Positions 11,470 through 25,584 of a stretch of DNA of 64,000 nt are shown one piece after another. The stretch is from Negaprion brevirostris (taxonomy: Eukaryota), in assembly GCA_030324005.1 (NCBI GenBank), contig JARDVH010000031.1, positions 4,079,708 through 4,143,707 of the forward strand. The letters run 5' to 3'. The first letter of the stretch is position 1. Each line of letters starts with the position of its first letter. The position numbers and the translations under genes were made by a program. The notes beneath the pieces are model-generated. The model worked only from the letters and a program-made list of their open reading frames with translations, did not search any database and was not told the origin of the DNA.

Positions 11470-12790
11470 GACAATTGCCCTCACCTGCTTTTATGCCATT
11501 TACAAGCTTTGAAATTTTGTCCCATACGAATCCCAATTTCAGGCTATTAATATATATCTAAAGGAGCAGAGACCCCAACATCAACCCTGGGAGACACAAC
11601 CGCATACTTCCCTTTACTCTGATAAAACAACTGTTGACCACTATTCTTGGTTTTCTGTCCTTTAGCAATTTTGTATCATCACTGTGTCTTCAATCACACA
11701 AACGTTTGCTAACAAGTCTGTTACTTGTCTATTGCAAGACCCTCGTCAAAAAACTCAATTGTGTTAGTCAAACGCATTCTGCAATTAACACCTGTGCTGG
11801 CTATCGTTGGTTAACCCATATTTTTCCAAATGGCAATTAATTTTGTCCTGGATTAATGTTTTGTATAGTTGTATCATCACTGATGCTCAGCTGACTGGCT
11901 TGGTAATGGTCGGATTTCTCTGTCCCTTGTTCCATCCTTGTTGAAACATTTCAAGAACTACAATTCTCTGACACCCCTTCCATACCCATTAGAGGATTGG
12001 GAGATTGTGGCCAGAATCACTACCCACATTTTCCTCAGCAACCTAGGATGCATCTCCTCGGGACCAGGTGATTTTTGAACTTTGAAAAGTAATCTTTTTA
12101 TCCTTATCGATGCAATTTCTCTACTAACTTTTGCTGGGCATTGACAGCATCTGCTCTTTAGTGGAGAAACTGCAACCTGTTTATTATGTCAGCCACGCCT
12201 CTGCCTCCACCAGAAGATCTCCATTTTGGTCGTCTTATTTCCTTTTATAGTTCTTCCCCCCCTCCCCCAATACAATTTGTGTTCAACTTGCCTATCTACT
12301 GAATTATCAATGTGCCATTTATCATAACCCTCTATCCAGTTTCATTTTTAGCTCTATATCTAGAGTTATCCGGGGGCTTCATCTTTTTTTCTCCCTTGTG
12401 GGGATGTGTGTAGTCTGTACATGCACCTGAACTATGCCCTCTTTGAAGGCCCCCTGTTGTAATTTAGTTGCTGGTCTTTGATTCGATCCACCAAGGTTAA
12501 ATACCTTTTTAGCTGATTGAAATGACTTGTCCTTCTGTTTGGCATTTTGATTACCCCCCAAAAATTAAATGTAATCCTGTTTCCTCATATCTGATTATCA
12601 AAGAAACTTTGACTGCATCTATTAAATCTCTTTCTCCGTAACCATTTCTGCTTGGAGGAAAACAATCCCACCTTCTGTCCTCTTTCCACATAAATGAATT
12701 CTCTCGTTCCTGGTGTTATTCTAATAAGTATCAGACCCTACTCCAAGTCATTTGACATCCTTCCAAAAGCATGGTGCCCATCTTTGACTT
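11470..12790 (-). mobile_element. Degenerate CR1 LINE fragments
   Basis: Reverse-strand remnants of the GVPQG and SPGPDEMHP motifs (e.g. ctaggatgcatctcctcgggaccaggtga at ~12042). Confidence 0.6.
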
Positions 12791-15700
12791 GTCCTAAATA
12801 TTCATCAATTATTGGTTAAGTTCTGGGAAATAATTTTCACTGGCCCAATTTTTGCAAGTCAGCTTTAGCATGTTATTACAGGAAAATCTTCTTGCCATGA
12901 TGGATTTTATATCAGCTGACAAAAAAAGTTGGTGAATATTCTACCTTTTTGTGATGTGATTTAATCAACTTCTTAATATGTAAGTACGTTTCAGAATAAT
13001 TGCACAGAAATAAAGTTCAAATGCTGCACTTCATAGAGCTTGAGGCAGTTTTAAAGAAATATATATGAATGAGAGATTTACAAATAAAGACCATATTCCT
13101 ATATGATTTGAGGATATTGAAATGGGGCTTAAATATACCCACCTCCGCAGCATGTAAATATATTTTAGAACACTTTTTCACCTGTTCCTTGTGCCTATAT
13201 TGTTAATTAACAACAATGTTATTGACCTCCATAGTTCACACTAATGTCCCTTTTGCTACAGTGGGACAGTGAATAAAATTATCTTTTGCACATTGTATTA
13301 ATGTAACAAGACAAATTATATTTGTATATGGGCACTGACTTACATCTGCATAAATGGGAACCAAATCAATTCAAGGTTCACTTATTATCCTACGCCGTCT
13401 TAATCCATTCATTATTCATTTATAAATGATAGACAGGTGCTCTGCTGCTTATGCTATCAACTGGGAAGTTGAGTTGTCTAATGGTTACTGCTATTTTAAT
13501 TCCACCTCCCTCACAAGACAATTTCATTAAAATTTAAAATATACCCATTCTACCTTCACGTACTTGCATTTTGCTGTCCAATTAGAAAACACTAGCGTTA
13601 CTGATCATCAATAGCTTTGGCTTACGGTCTTGCTGCCCATGCATTGAGCTTTATTTGTAAGGCCACTGAAAGAATATTGATTTTAAAAAAGGTATGCCTG
13701 AAATTTCGCAACAAAAAGACAGTAGGAATTCATATTGCATTCTGCATATTATGAAGGTCTGTCACTTAACAATATACAAAATATTTACTATCCAGAACAA
13801 AAGGTCTTGGGCATAATCCTTGAAAAGTACATGCGTATAACACATGCAAAACCTCGAAAGCAAGAGTTTTCACACTCTTGTGCATACTTGTATGCTTGAG
13901 AATCTCTGCCGTCTCCTGCCCATGGCCTGTGCAGTTACACAAAATGAGGTCTGTCCTTTGGGTCAGATGTATTTATGCATGAATCATCAACGTGGGACTT
14001 CGCACATGTCTGTTAATTCATGCATAACTATCGATTGCATTATTTGACATACAGAATCAATCCACGGCAGGTTGAGGTTATAATTCTGGGATATTAAAAG
14101 AATTAACTGGCACACAGTGCCTAGAATTTTTGGCTATTGAAATAAGGCTTGTTGTTAAGGTCAACATAAATTCATTCAGTTCAAAATGATTTGTTTCCAC
14201 ATCTTATTAATTTTAACTAAGAGCCGCCACAGGATCCTTTATCTTGAGCCTGTTCAGAGTTGTTGCCAACCTATTGGTTTGTTTTTGATTTATCTTTGCA
14301 GTTAGAAAATGAATAGATGTCGTTTTCCAGGGCATCGGTCAGATACTTTCTGCATGAAGTCACCTTTTACATCAGGAGTTCTTTTGAATTCTTCCCCACC
14401 CTTGCTGAAAATGCTTAGTGAGTGTTTTCATTGAATCCTAGGCCAAATATCAGACATGACGTAATGCTGGATTTTAATCAATTGCAGTATGAGTAAATGG
14501 GAATATTTTTAGCTTGGTAGTGAAATCCTGCGGTGGTCTGACATTTTTCCCATTCCAGAGTTGCTTTCTGGTTTTGAAATAATGTTTTGGTGTTTTTCTT
14601 TTTGCTCAATGTGTTCTTTTGTACTATCATAGTCATTACTTTTATTCCTTCAAATAGATAGTTAACCTTCATTTTTGCAGTGCTGTAAATTCAAAGGAAT
14701 CCCTTGTTTGGATCTCTTTTTGTATTTGCAAGCTAAGCTGATAGAGCCTTTTAACAGCTTCAGGTTGGACTGTCATTTAGTATATTACATTCAAAATAAT
14801 AGCAATCAAAAAACTTTGGAGCCCCTTTGCTTTGTTGGGAAAAGGTCTCATATTTGGAAGAATTGCCCTCTTTTGGTAACTTTATGAGATCTTGAAGACT
14901 TGTAACCCATCTTATTTCTTCGTAGTGATATTCAGAATAATTGTTCTTCATCAATGTACTTTATTTGATGCTTCAGCAGAAAGCAATTTCAACAACAATT
15001 TTAAAATGCTTTACCTGTTTGAGATTTCAATAGCACAGTGAGTTATTAAACTTGTGTGTGTAAAAATTATTTCATGGTGCAGTAGTCTTTGAGGTTGTAG
15101 TTAAGGTGTGTTGCTGGAGCACAGTAGTTGAAAGCCGTGCGCTGTACCTCCCTATGTTGTACATGGCTGAGTACATCGTGCTAAATACTGTTAGAAGTAA
15201 AACAAAAGTGTTCTATTCTCCAGCCAGCACCAACATCCTTCACCTTTGATACAAAAAGATTCCCCACAAAAATGGAATACTCACAATTTCAAAAATAGAT
15301 TGAGAATTCAGAAGAACATGTTTAATTTTAATGTTGATGTCCTTGTACAGAAAGCTTAACTCGGGAGTTAAANNNNNNNNNNNNNNNNNNNNNNNNNNNN
15401 NNNNNNNNNNNNNNNNNNNNNNNNNNNNNNNNNNNNNNNNNNNNNNNNNNNNNNNNNNNNNNNNNNNNNNNNAGTAAGCATTTATGTACAGAAAGCTTAA
15501 CTCGGGAGTTAAAGAATCAGTTGAAAGTAGGTTGTCGATGCTCAGTTAGTAACTACCATGTCAACTGTTTGCAGCTTAGTTTACAAAAACACATTCTCCT
15601 GTGGCTTCCTATGTTCAGTACAAGTCAAAGCAACAGAAAAATACCAATGCCCTTACAAAAATTGATGCCTTAACTATGAAAGTTAGCGGTATTGCCGCAA

Positions 15701-18700
15701 ACATTAGGATTTTAACCATTGTTTAATTAGTGATATGATAAAGTGGGAGATGCTGAACGGTTGAACTGATGACCAATATTGCTGCTGGTTACTGCTGTCA
15801 TTTTAAAGGTTTAAAATGCAAATCTATTTTTCTCCCATGGAATTCTGTTGTAAATTTATATTCTTTAAGTTTAAAAAATAAGTACCTTTAGCACATTGTA
15901 GATTGGGTCCGTTACAACAGATGTTCTGCTATTGACAATGAATGAGTGAGTATTTGTTCTTTTTTTTTATGACAGCTGTAGATTTAGTTATTTTGTTTTA
16001 TTTCTAATAACCTGATAGTTTTATGATGAAGGTGTGAATCATAAATTCTCTACTGTAGCAACATACTTCAAGATTTTCTTTTATAGTAAGTACTTCTGTT
16101 GGCAAAAGACAAATGACTTAGGGTTATCCTCAGCAATCCAATTATTAGATAACTTTCAAGCTCCTATGTATTTTGAACTGTCAGCTTAGAATAAATTGAC
16201 AAATTATTATAAAATGGCATTTCATCCCATTTAGAGGCTGCCATCATTACATTGATAAACTGCAAATTATAGAAAAATTATCTCCATCATATCAACTAAC
16301 AGACTTGATTTTGTAACGAGACTTTTAAGATCAATCCTGCGTTAAATAATATCATAAGAGCAAAGTCAATACAGTTCATGACTTGTTGAGCATTTAGGTT
16401 TTTAACAAATTATAAACTGATTATAGAGCACCATGTCATCAGGGGTATTGAAAAATTGATTATGGTAATTCATAACTTAAGATGGTCATTATTTCCAGTA
16501 ATGTTGAAGCATTCATGAAACCATAAATTCTATTATGTGTTTTATATATATATATAAAATGCAGCTTGGAATGTCTTTCTGTCTGTGCAGAATTAACATT
16601 GCTTGAAAATGCATTTGTCAAGTTGTGGGAAAGCTATGACTTTCTTGTTGGTATGGCAGTCCAAATTTTGCAGCCTGCCATCTCTTATAACCACCAAAAT
16701 TGAGACAATTGTCCTCATCTGTCAGCTCTAGCTAAGTCCTACAAATGCTTCTTAAAAGTTATGTAGGGGTTTTTGCATTTAACTATGTATCTGTTTTCCT
16801 TTTAGTATCTTTAGTTTCATTTACAAACCCTGAGGAAAATTAGTTGCTGTAAGCTGAGCTGTATGAAGGCGAAGTTAATAGCTCCATTGATAATTCATCT
16901 CCTTCATACCACTGTCAGTAATAGCATCTGGCCAAAAGCCTTGCTTTCATCTGTAGATAGTGTTTTAAAAAATATGTAAAATGTTTCAGTGAGATTCTTT
17001 TTAACCATATGCTCATTTTACTCAAGCGCTGCTGATGGTGTTAAAAATCAAACTTTAGTAAAACTATATAAAAACTTAAATCATTGAATACTGTAATATG
17101 TATATGTTCAGCCATCATAATGTTACAATGGTCCACAATGAACTAGCCATTCCAATTATCCTTCACCAGCTCCTTAAATAACTATAATAGAATGGCTAAT
17201 TCACAATGGCCCATTCTAAAGTAGTATCACCATGTTTAATTGCTGATTGATTAGTGGGAATATGGTAGTAATGGCTTGTTAATTTGATGGTTACAACTTT
17301 GTCAGATTTGTTACTCGGTAGCAGTTTCACCTATGGCTCAGAAGACTCCGTGTTCCAGTCTTATTCTGGCATTTGAGTCCATAATCTAAGATGACACCCA
17401 AATCAAGTCTAGTGCTGGATGGTGGTGACTTCTTGGGCGAGACGTTAGACCAAGATGTTCTGTCGATGTTAAGGTTGGCTTTGTCAGAGATCCTGGGTAC
17501 CAGCAACCTTGGGCACTCTTAGTCAACTTGAGTATGAACAGCGCTAGATACCATGCATAATCCAAGACAAGGCCTCTAACGGCTTCCAAACTATGAAACT
17601 TCAATCTGAGCATTTTAACTTACACAGCTTTCATTATTCAAAAAGTCCATGCTTACCTCGGGTGCCGTTTATTGTACTTTGCTATGTGCAGAATGGCTTT
17701 TATGTTTGCCAGCTTAGCACTAACTATTTTTCAAGGGAGTTCAGCAGTAAATACACTTCAAGGGAATTCATTCTGGGGTATGATCAAGTGTAATATAAAA
17801 GCAAGTATTTTTATTGGGAGGTTAAGAATTTTGTTAAAAGTATAGTGTGGCATTAACTGTCAGGATGCCTCCGTCCTGGTTCTGCAAATGGCAGTTATTT
17901 GGATCGAAGGAACTCTATTCCCATTTTATTTTTATTAAATGCAGTTTCTTGCAAGAATGGCATCCTTATGAGACCATTTCATTTTTCATCAATGCTGAAG
18001 TTATAGAACAAATCCTGATTTAGGAGCAAATCAGAGTGAAATGTCTTGAAGGAAACTAAGCACTGGAGTTTTGTCTGGCCTAGCTATTGATATATTATAA
18101 CCGTTGCTGAAAGTCTGTATAGTATAAATGCAGCCAAAGGAAAGCAAGATTTTCAGAGAATCCAATGTTCTTACAGCTCTCTTGCAATATACCAGCTATT
18201 GCGCAGAAGAGGCAAATCATGCCAGCCNNNNNNNNNNTGCCAGCCATAAGCTGTGGGGACTGTATGTTCTGTCCTATGGCAAAATGTTTTGAGAGAATTT
18301 TAAATAACATGCACAAGTTGCACTTTCAGTTAAAGAAATGTAATTCTGTCCATGTCTATAGTAAATTAAGATGCATCAACCTAAGTTGCTTATATTTAGA
18401 TCTTTTTGCTTCAGGGCACAGGAGTATTCAGATTCAAGTTACCACTGTCTTTCTCTTTTGCTGACTTTTGCCATCCCCTGCAATCCAACCCTCCAGTTTC
18501 AGTTCTTAACCTAGATGTTTCTTCATAGAGTGAGTCTGATTTTTAGGGATTGCCTTGAAGAAGCAGAGATTTCTTGCCAGTTTGCTTGGCTAGAAAATTG
18601 AGAAGAGGGTTTCAACAGCGTTCTTGTGCTGTTATCATCAGTCTTCAGCATGGGTTCAGCACTATTAGCCTCTGTTATCATTGTTTTCATTTCTTTGAAC

Positions 18701-18769
18701 TCCATGTTATGATTACAAGTTGACTGTTGAAGGGTGCAATTTAATGTTGAGATTAAAAATAGAAATTTG

Positions 18770-19375
18770 TACCTGCTGGAGTTCTGAAATTAAAACCAAG
18801 AAGAAACTATAAATACACAGCAGGTCTGAGGCATTTGAAAGGAAGTGTATTTGGTGAGCAAATTTTCCTTAAGTCTGCTATCGAAGAACTTTGGTGAAAG
18901 TAAAGAGTGCTATGAGCAATGTGCATCATTCCTTGTCTCTATTTTTATTGAATGCCTTCAGGAAAGTATCTAAATCTTCAGATGCAGGACAAACCGGTTC
19001 TTGAACTTGAATTTCACTATAAGAACTTAACAGGAGTTTGATGTGTGAATGAGGATTTGTACTTGGTTGGGTTTGTCTGACTAATTTTAATACATTGGAA
19101 TAATTTTAATACGTATTTAATTAAAGTTGTGGTTTGACAATTTTCTTCCTTTTACTGTTATCCGTTTATGTAATATCTTTAACAAAAGAGCAATGTACCT
19201 GAAATGAATTTCTGTATGAGTTTCCTTTATAGATAATAAAGTGAAATTGAATTTGAATTGAAAAGATGGTTTAACTGTTCAAATATAGATTAGAATCATT
19301 GGTATATCTTTCCCCTTTATGGTTGCTGATGAGACCTGTTATGTATTTACCATATTTCTGTTTATGATATTCAGA
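18770..19375. mobile_element. Old Penelope-associated inverted-arm element
   Basis: taaatacacagcaggtct (~18811) pairs with agacctgttatgtattta (~19332); similar to the copy at 47917. Confidence 0.45.
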
Positions 19376-20589
19376 CAAAGTTCACAGCAACCCAAAGGTT
19401 TTATACTTGGGATTATCTAATACGAATAGCTGTTCATTCCAACTACAGTTCAGGCCTATGTGAGGCAATAGTAGCTGAGGAAGTAGCTGAGGAAGGAACT
19501 GTGTCAAAATAACAGCACTGATGCGTGGTGCTGGTTCTAAGACTCCCTAATGTCACAGCAAGTTAACTAATTGTATAGTTGTCAATTTTAAGTAACCATT
19601 AGCTAAGAAACCCTTCAGCTGGAAAAGTTGACTAAGAATTAAAAATACAAATTGAAATGGGATTTGTTTCATCTTCTAATGTAAATTTGAATATCTGAGT
19701 TAATGCAGATGTATATTTTCAGAGACAGCCTTAGGGATATGAGTGTTCAAAACTGTACACATGTGTACATGGATGTTTTATTTAAAGAAAATCTGTTTCC
19801 AGTATACTATACTAGTTGAGNNNNNNNNNNNNNNNNNNNNNNNNNNNNNNNNNNNNNNNNNNNNNNNNNNNNNNNNNNNNNNNNNNNNNNNNNNNNNNNN
19901 NNNNNNNNNNNNNNNNNNNNTTGATTTTTTATTTAAAGAAAATCTTTTTCCAGTATAATATACTAGTTGAGTTGAGAATGATTATTTCACCATGATTTTC
20001 TATAAGTTTGTTTATTATTTGAGAGAGTTTTTCAGGACCAACTAATTTCCTGAAGAAAAGTATAATTGCTCCTTCCCTAGCAGAATTGTAATATATTGAA
20101 AAGTGGAATTTGCATTATTATTGCTGTACAAAATTTAATTTAATATCTCAGTTTATGACTTTGGATTTGACTACAGTGATAAAAAATTGACATTAGGGAG
20201 ATTTGTGAGAACAGATGCCATATTGCTTTGCTAAAATGCTGTTTTCCTTCAGGACGAAAAAGGTTGTGTTAATCAAATAATAGAAGTGCAGTAATGTATT
20301 TTTAGTGATTATGCCACAGTTATTTCACCTCTTCTATATGTACCAATTAATAATATTTTCATAAAATGTCCAGTATAAAGATCAGGTTTAAATTTCAGTC
20401 TGTGCCATCTAAGAACAGGCTGTATAGTTTTTCCACATACTGCTCGAGATTCTAAATTATACACTGTGCTTGACCTAAGATTAAAACTATGGAATGAATG
20501 CATCAGAATGCAATGTAGTACATGGTGTGCAAATTTAAGAAGAAAAAAGTCAGGATGAAAGAGGACTTTGCTTCCTTTGGGAATCCTTA

Positions 20590-20905
20590 AGAGGGTACAG
20601 TAGTCTTGTGGAATGTGGTTACTCGCCTTGTGGCTAGTGACCCGAATGTTATGAGGTTAAATGACATAATGATAGATTGAGTTCACTGGCTTGCTGGGCT
20701 AGCATCAGGAAAAAAAATGACAGTGAAAGCTGCCAAGTTGTTGTGAAAGCCCAGTGGCTCACTCATGTCCTTCAGGGGTAGGGGCTTCTTACCACTACCT
20801 GATCCATTCTGAAAATGACTCCAGTCCCGCACTGTGTAGAGTCATAAGGCCCTCAAGGGGCAATAAATACTGTCATGCTACTGTTGATTGCATTCCAATA
20901 ACTAA
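20590..20905 (+). mobile_element. SINE copy (same family as 6878-7205)
   Basis: Shares ctcactcatgtccttcaggg and gggcaataaatactg with the reverse complement of the other copies. Confidence 0.6.
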
Positions 20906-22054
20906 TAATTTTTAAAAAAGTCGACAATCTGATGCATGTTTTGATTTGGGGTCGGGGGATGGCGAGGGACAGGATGGAGCAAAAGAGATGTTTTAGAAAA
21001 ATTGCTTTTGAAAGCTGATTTCCAAAAGAACTGTGTTGTGAGGCTGGATACAAGTGTCTCAGACTCTCGGGTGATGGCCTACCTTGGAAATGGCATCCCT
21101 GATTGGGTGGCTGCACGTTGCCAGGTAAAATCTATAAAATATAATTTTCTCTTGAGCAGTGCATTTAAGAAGAATTGCACGAGGAAAGGGCTAACATAAC
21201 GGTTGATTTTAACAACTGAGATGAGATTGAAGTTTGCCTTTCCAACTGCTACCAATATTTAGAAATCGCCATTAATGAAGTAAAATGCTTTCTAAGAGCT
21301 TTCTCAAACAAAACTTGACATTGACTCACAGATATAAGACAGATGAGGTAGGTTAAAATAATTGTTATTTTGTTTACACCCTCTGAATAAAGATGGTGGT
21401 GCAAGGAAATCAGAATAACCAAATCTAAGAATTATCTATTTCTAACTGGTCACTTAGTGACCAAATTTTGACATCATTTTAAACATTATGAAAACTTAAT
21501 TCTTTACTGTGTTTGGAAGAGTTTAGATTCAGATAATGTCAATCAAGATGATACGTTTGATCTCCATTTCTTAGATTGGCTAAGTTACCAAATCCAGGAG
21601 ATGAACAATTGCCATGGGAACTTCCTACAAGCACAGTTCATTTCAGGAACAATTGCTGCATGGATGGTCTTTTGTTTGCTTGCAAACTTTATTAGTCTGT
21701 TAAGATTCCTCTTGTGGAGGATAAAACTTAGATTGTTGGTGCCAGATAATAGAAAATATAGACCAATTGACCCCCAATTTGCGATTAATGGGTTAGTACT
21801 GATGGCTTATCAATTGTTTCAAACCCATATATGAGTGTCTACCATTAAACTATTCTTTCTTGATATTGTAGTAAATTTGTTAAGATTGCAAAGTTTGTGA
21901 AAACAATTTGAATAACTTTCTCCGCTTCTTACTGAACCCCAGCTAAAATAATATCTTATAAATTGCAAAAGCTAGATTTAATTATGCCTCAAGTGAATTT
22001 GTGACATTACAAACCCTGTTAGTTACTTATGCTGCTGTTAACTTTTTGTTATAG

Positions 22055-22137
22055 ATTATTGAGACTGAAAATATGATGGATCGAATTGTGACTGGCTTAG
22101 CTGAGTCTAGTATCAAGGTGCGGTTAGCTGCTGTCAG
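22055..22137 (+). CDS. ARMC8: ARMC8 exon ~13 (83 nt) [28 protein letters not shown]
   Basis: tttttgttatag| acceptor, |gtatgg donor, phase 0-2; not in the ORF track, read by eye. Confidence 0.96.
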
Positions 22138-23259
22138 GTATGGATGGACTCCTGAACTTTCCTGTCTGAAATACAATTTGATAGTTCTAAAACCAATATA
22201 GTGATTAGTATTGTGTTGACTCGGCAGACACTGAATCTTTAATCAGTTTAGCAAATACTCCTGTAACATTTGCATGGGTAATAAAATAGAGAATAAAAAA
22301 GGGCCCAGATTTGCTACATAATTAGTTGGCTATTGTATTATTAACCATTAACTTGAAGCTTAAGCACTCCCATTAAATAACTTGGAAGTATTCTTTGAGG
22401 CACTTAACCACCCCTTTGATGGTAATCTATTGCACTCTAACATAAATACACTATCAATTTAAATTATTAGTTGCGTGGCAGATAAAAAAATTCTAATTCT
22501 GAGAAAGAATGACTGAATCAAATAATTAATTTAACTAAATGTTGGTTTGATAGTTTTGTGATTACGTTTTCAAATTTTCGTGTGCCTGGGGGGAAGCTTT
22601 TAGCTTTCATGATTTTTTTCTAGTGATTAAATCCAACAACCTTGTTGATCTGTGAATATTTGATTTAGTAAATTATTCTAAGATGCATCTTAATGAGTGT
22701 GACTAGTTCGGCAAATTTCAGTTTAATATTGTTTTTGTGCAGCTATGTACATTATATAGGTGGAGTGTACCTTGGTTGTTTTGAGTTGTAGTCTTGCATT
22801 AAGTGAATGAATGTTAGTTTGACTGGAGTCACCCTGAGTTAAGACATTGAAGGCTGATCCCAGGCATAGAGGACTTGAGACAAAATAAAAATTCGGATGT
22901 TGAATCTTTGGAAACAATTTGGGGAAGACCTCATAAGGTTCATTGCAATATTCTTTAATTGTTTAGAAATAGTAAGTCCTCATGTTAAATTTTGATAGTA
23001 GGACAAAGAAGAAAGGTTTAAAATTAGTCTGACAGGTTTTATACTGATGTCAGGAAGTTGTTCTTGATCAATTGGATCAAGTTTATTCAAGAAACTATTG
23101 GACACTGCAAAAGTGGTTTGTAGGTAGGATAGATGGAACAGCACCTTCATATTTCTTGTTATCTTCTGATCTGTCATTACTAATACACAGATAGGCAGCT
23201 TGAATTTTGACACTGATCATTTGGGCAGTTTAACTTTTAATGGCCAATCCTATTTTTGA

Positions 23260-24760
23260 ATATAGGAACAAATGAGGCACAGATGCAGGCAATTCAGCCC
23301 ATTATTTCTGCCATTTCTATTAGCCTTCGTAACTCTCTTCAATCCCTGTCCTTCCTCCATTTCCCTTCATATGGACTTCCCAAGTGTTTCTTTTTTTAAG
23401 CATGTCTGTTGACTTTGTCTTTATGACCATCTGAAGAGAAGTCATTCCTGAATGATATTCCTGAACTGGAATTCTAGGAATATATTCTCTTGTTCAAGAT
23501 TCCCCATCAATTGTCATCGTCATTTGAATTACCTTAGTGGGATTATCATTTAAACTCCTCAGCTATTGGATATATTTCCAAAATCTGTCACCATAACAAC
23601 CTCCTAGGTAATTTCCTAGTAAATAATTGTTAGATTTTCTTTAAGTAAACAAATTATTCCTAAGGCCAAACTGTCCGATTGATACATTACAGGCATGGTG
23701 TATAATTGAAGTAATACTTTTATATTCTCTATCTCTTGTGATGGAGCCTGTGTCATATTAGCCTTTTGATTGCTATTTGCACTTGAACCATAACTTTTAG
23801 TGGTTTATATACTTGGACCCTTAAATGTTGTCTGCCCCATCCAGTATTTCCCATTTAAGCAATACTATCTGTTATTCTTAATCCAAAATGTACCATTCAC
23901 TCTTTCTTGAATTACATTGGCACATTCTCAATCTATTTATGTCTGTACATAATTTTCTACTGTCTTTATTGTATTTACGATCTTAGAATCATCTGTAATG
24001 AAGGATTTATTTCCATCTGTTCCCAAATCCAGATAATATGTGAGATGAAAAGCTGAGAGCCAACATAAATTCTTGGGGTGAAGTGTAATAGCAATTCTTA
24101 TTGCTATTCTTTTTATCCTAATTGTCTACCTTCTACTTTCCTACTTGTTTCTCATCTAATTCCATGTACCTTAATTTTGGCTCGCGATGTATAGAATTTC
24201 AAGTCTGAATAGACAACCTAATCCTCTTCTCTGCATCACCTCAGTGTCTGTGACAAGGGGTTCATTAGATTGATTGACATGAGCCACCTTCTGCAAAAGC
24301 ATATTTTGATGAGAGCTTTTACTCTATCTATTCTTAAAATCTTTCTACTACAAACATTAATCTTAGTGATTCATAGATATTTGATTTCTCACCTTCCTTT
24401 TGGAATAAAGACGACTGATGTCTTCCAGTCCTACTGTACTTTCTGTATGCTACCTCTAGTTTTAAAAAAAATCTGAAATCTATTGTCTCTTTATTGATCC
24501 TAAGTACTTTCTCTAAATCCAGTGACCTTTAATGAATGCATTCCCAGTTTATTTGCCTCCCCTTTTAATATACATACATATCAAGGTCCTGCAATTTGTG
24601 ATTTCATAATTTTATCCCATTATTTTTTTCTGTTTTTAATTAATTTCTCTGTGCCAATCTTTAGTTTTCCTAAACACACTTGCATTATATCTTCCTTCTG
24701 TAATGTGAAAATTGAAAATAGCATTATGGTTCTTCTGCTAAGTACTCCTCATCTGTTATT
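23260..24760 (-). mobile_element. Highly degenerate CR1 LINE
   Basis: Starts with a CR1 tail motif (ataggaac...ggcaattcagccca), then recognisable reverse-strand ORF2 remnants. Confidence 0.55.
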
Positions 24761-24998
24761 GTTTTGAGTATATCGTCAGGTTTATTTGACGCAGATCATA
24801 GACCAATATTACCTTGATTTATTATTTCAGATGTTGATGGGGATTGGGTTTATTTAATCTGCTCAATCACTGGTCTTGTATGTTTGATCACTACTTATTC
24901 TTGCATTGTTAAGGGATGATCAAGCACACCATCCACATTTGTTTAATTCTATATGTTTTTTTAAGAGATATGTATCTTTGTCTGATTTCCATTCATAG

Positions 24999-25080
24999 AT
25001 GTTTGCATAGTCTGTCCAGATCAGTTCAGCAACTCCGGACAAGTTTTCAGGATCATACGGTGTGGAAACCACTAATGAAG
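24999..25080 (+). CDS. ARMC8: ARMC8 exon ~14 (82 nt) [27 protein letters not shown]
   Basis: ttccattcatag| acceptor, |gtaggt donor, phase 2-0. Confidence 0.96.
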
Positions 25081-25584
25081 GTAGGTAGTGACGTGCATTT
25101 TAAGAAGCATTAATTATATTGAACTTTCAAAATGAACTTTAAATGTTTTGTGCCTCAATAGAGCTCAAGCTATTAGGAAATTAATTTGTTTGTTGCCACT
25201 AACTTGAGAAGTGTAATGTAGACATGGAAATTAAATAAGTTATTTATCTGCCAATAAAGGTCCCTGGTGCACTGAGTAAATCACCTGCAGAATTCAGTCA
25301 AGGATCTGTCAAGTGCACAACTGGTTTGTGCTTGTGAATGAATACTGGCATATAAATGATAGATCTGATTAAAAACGCTGCTGGAATTAACTTGCAATCC
25401 AGCAGTGAATACTTACCTAAAGATATAATGATCATACGCGATTAATTGTTCTGTATTAACAAGACCTGTTAAGAACAAAAAGGCAGCAAGTTTGGGTGTA
25501 ACAAGTTAGAACTTCTAAAATCACATACTCAGAATGCAAAATTTGGGACCAACAAATTGTAGATAAAATGAGTATTGTTCTCTC

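Noticed and set aside
12882-12985. Other exon-like pieces in intron 12 (12882 onward; 15976-16085)
   Set aside because: Weak acceptor or donor, AT-rich body and no distinguishing support; consistent with chance pseudo-exons.
19754-19769. Perfect 16-bp palindrome tgtacacatgtgtaca; also short tandem duplications at ~19471 and ~29285
   Set aside because: Low-complexity or slippage-scale features with no supporting context.
19772-19971. Direct repeats flanking 100-N gaps (also 41177-41334 and 55311-55478)
   Set aside because: Near-identical sequence on both sides of fixed-size gaps is typical of unmerged contig or haplotype overlap; not CRISPR or a biological tandem array.
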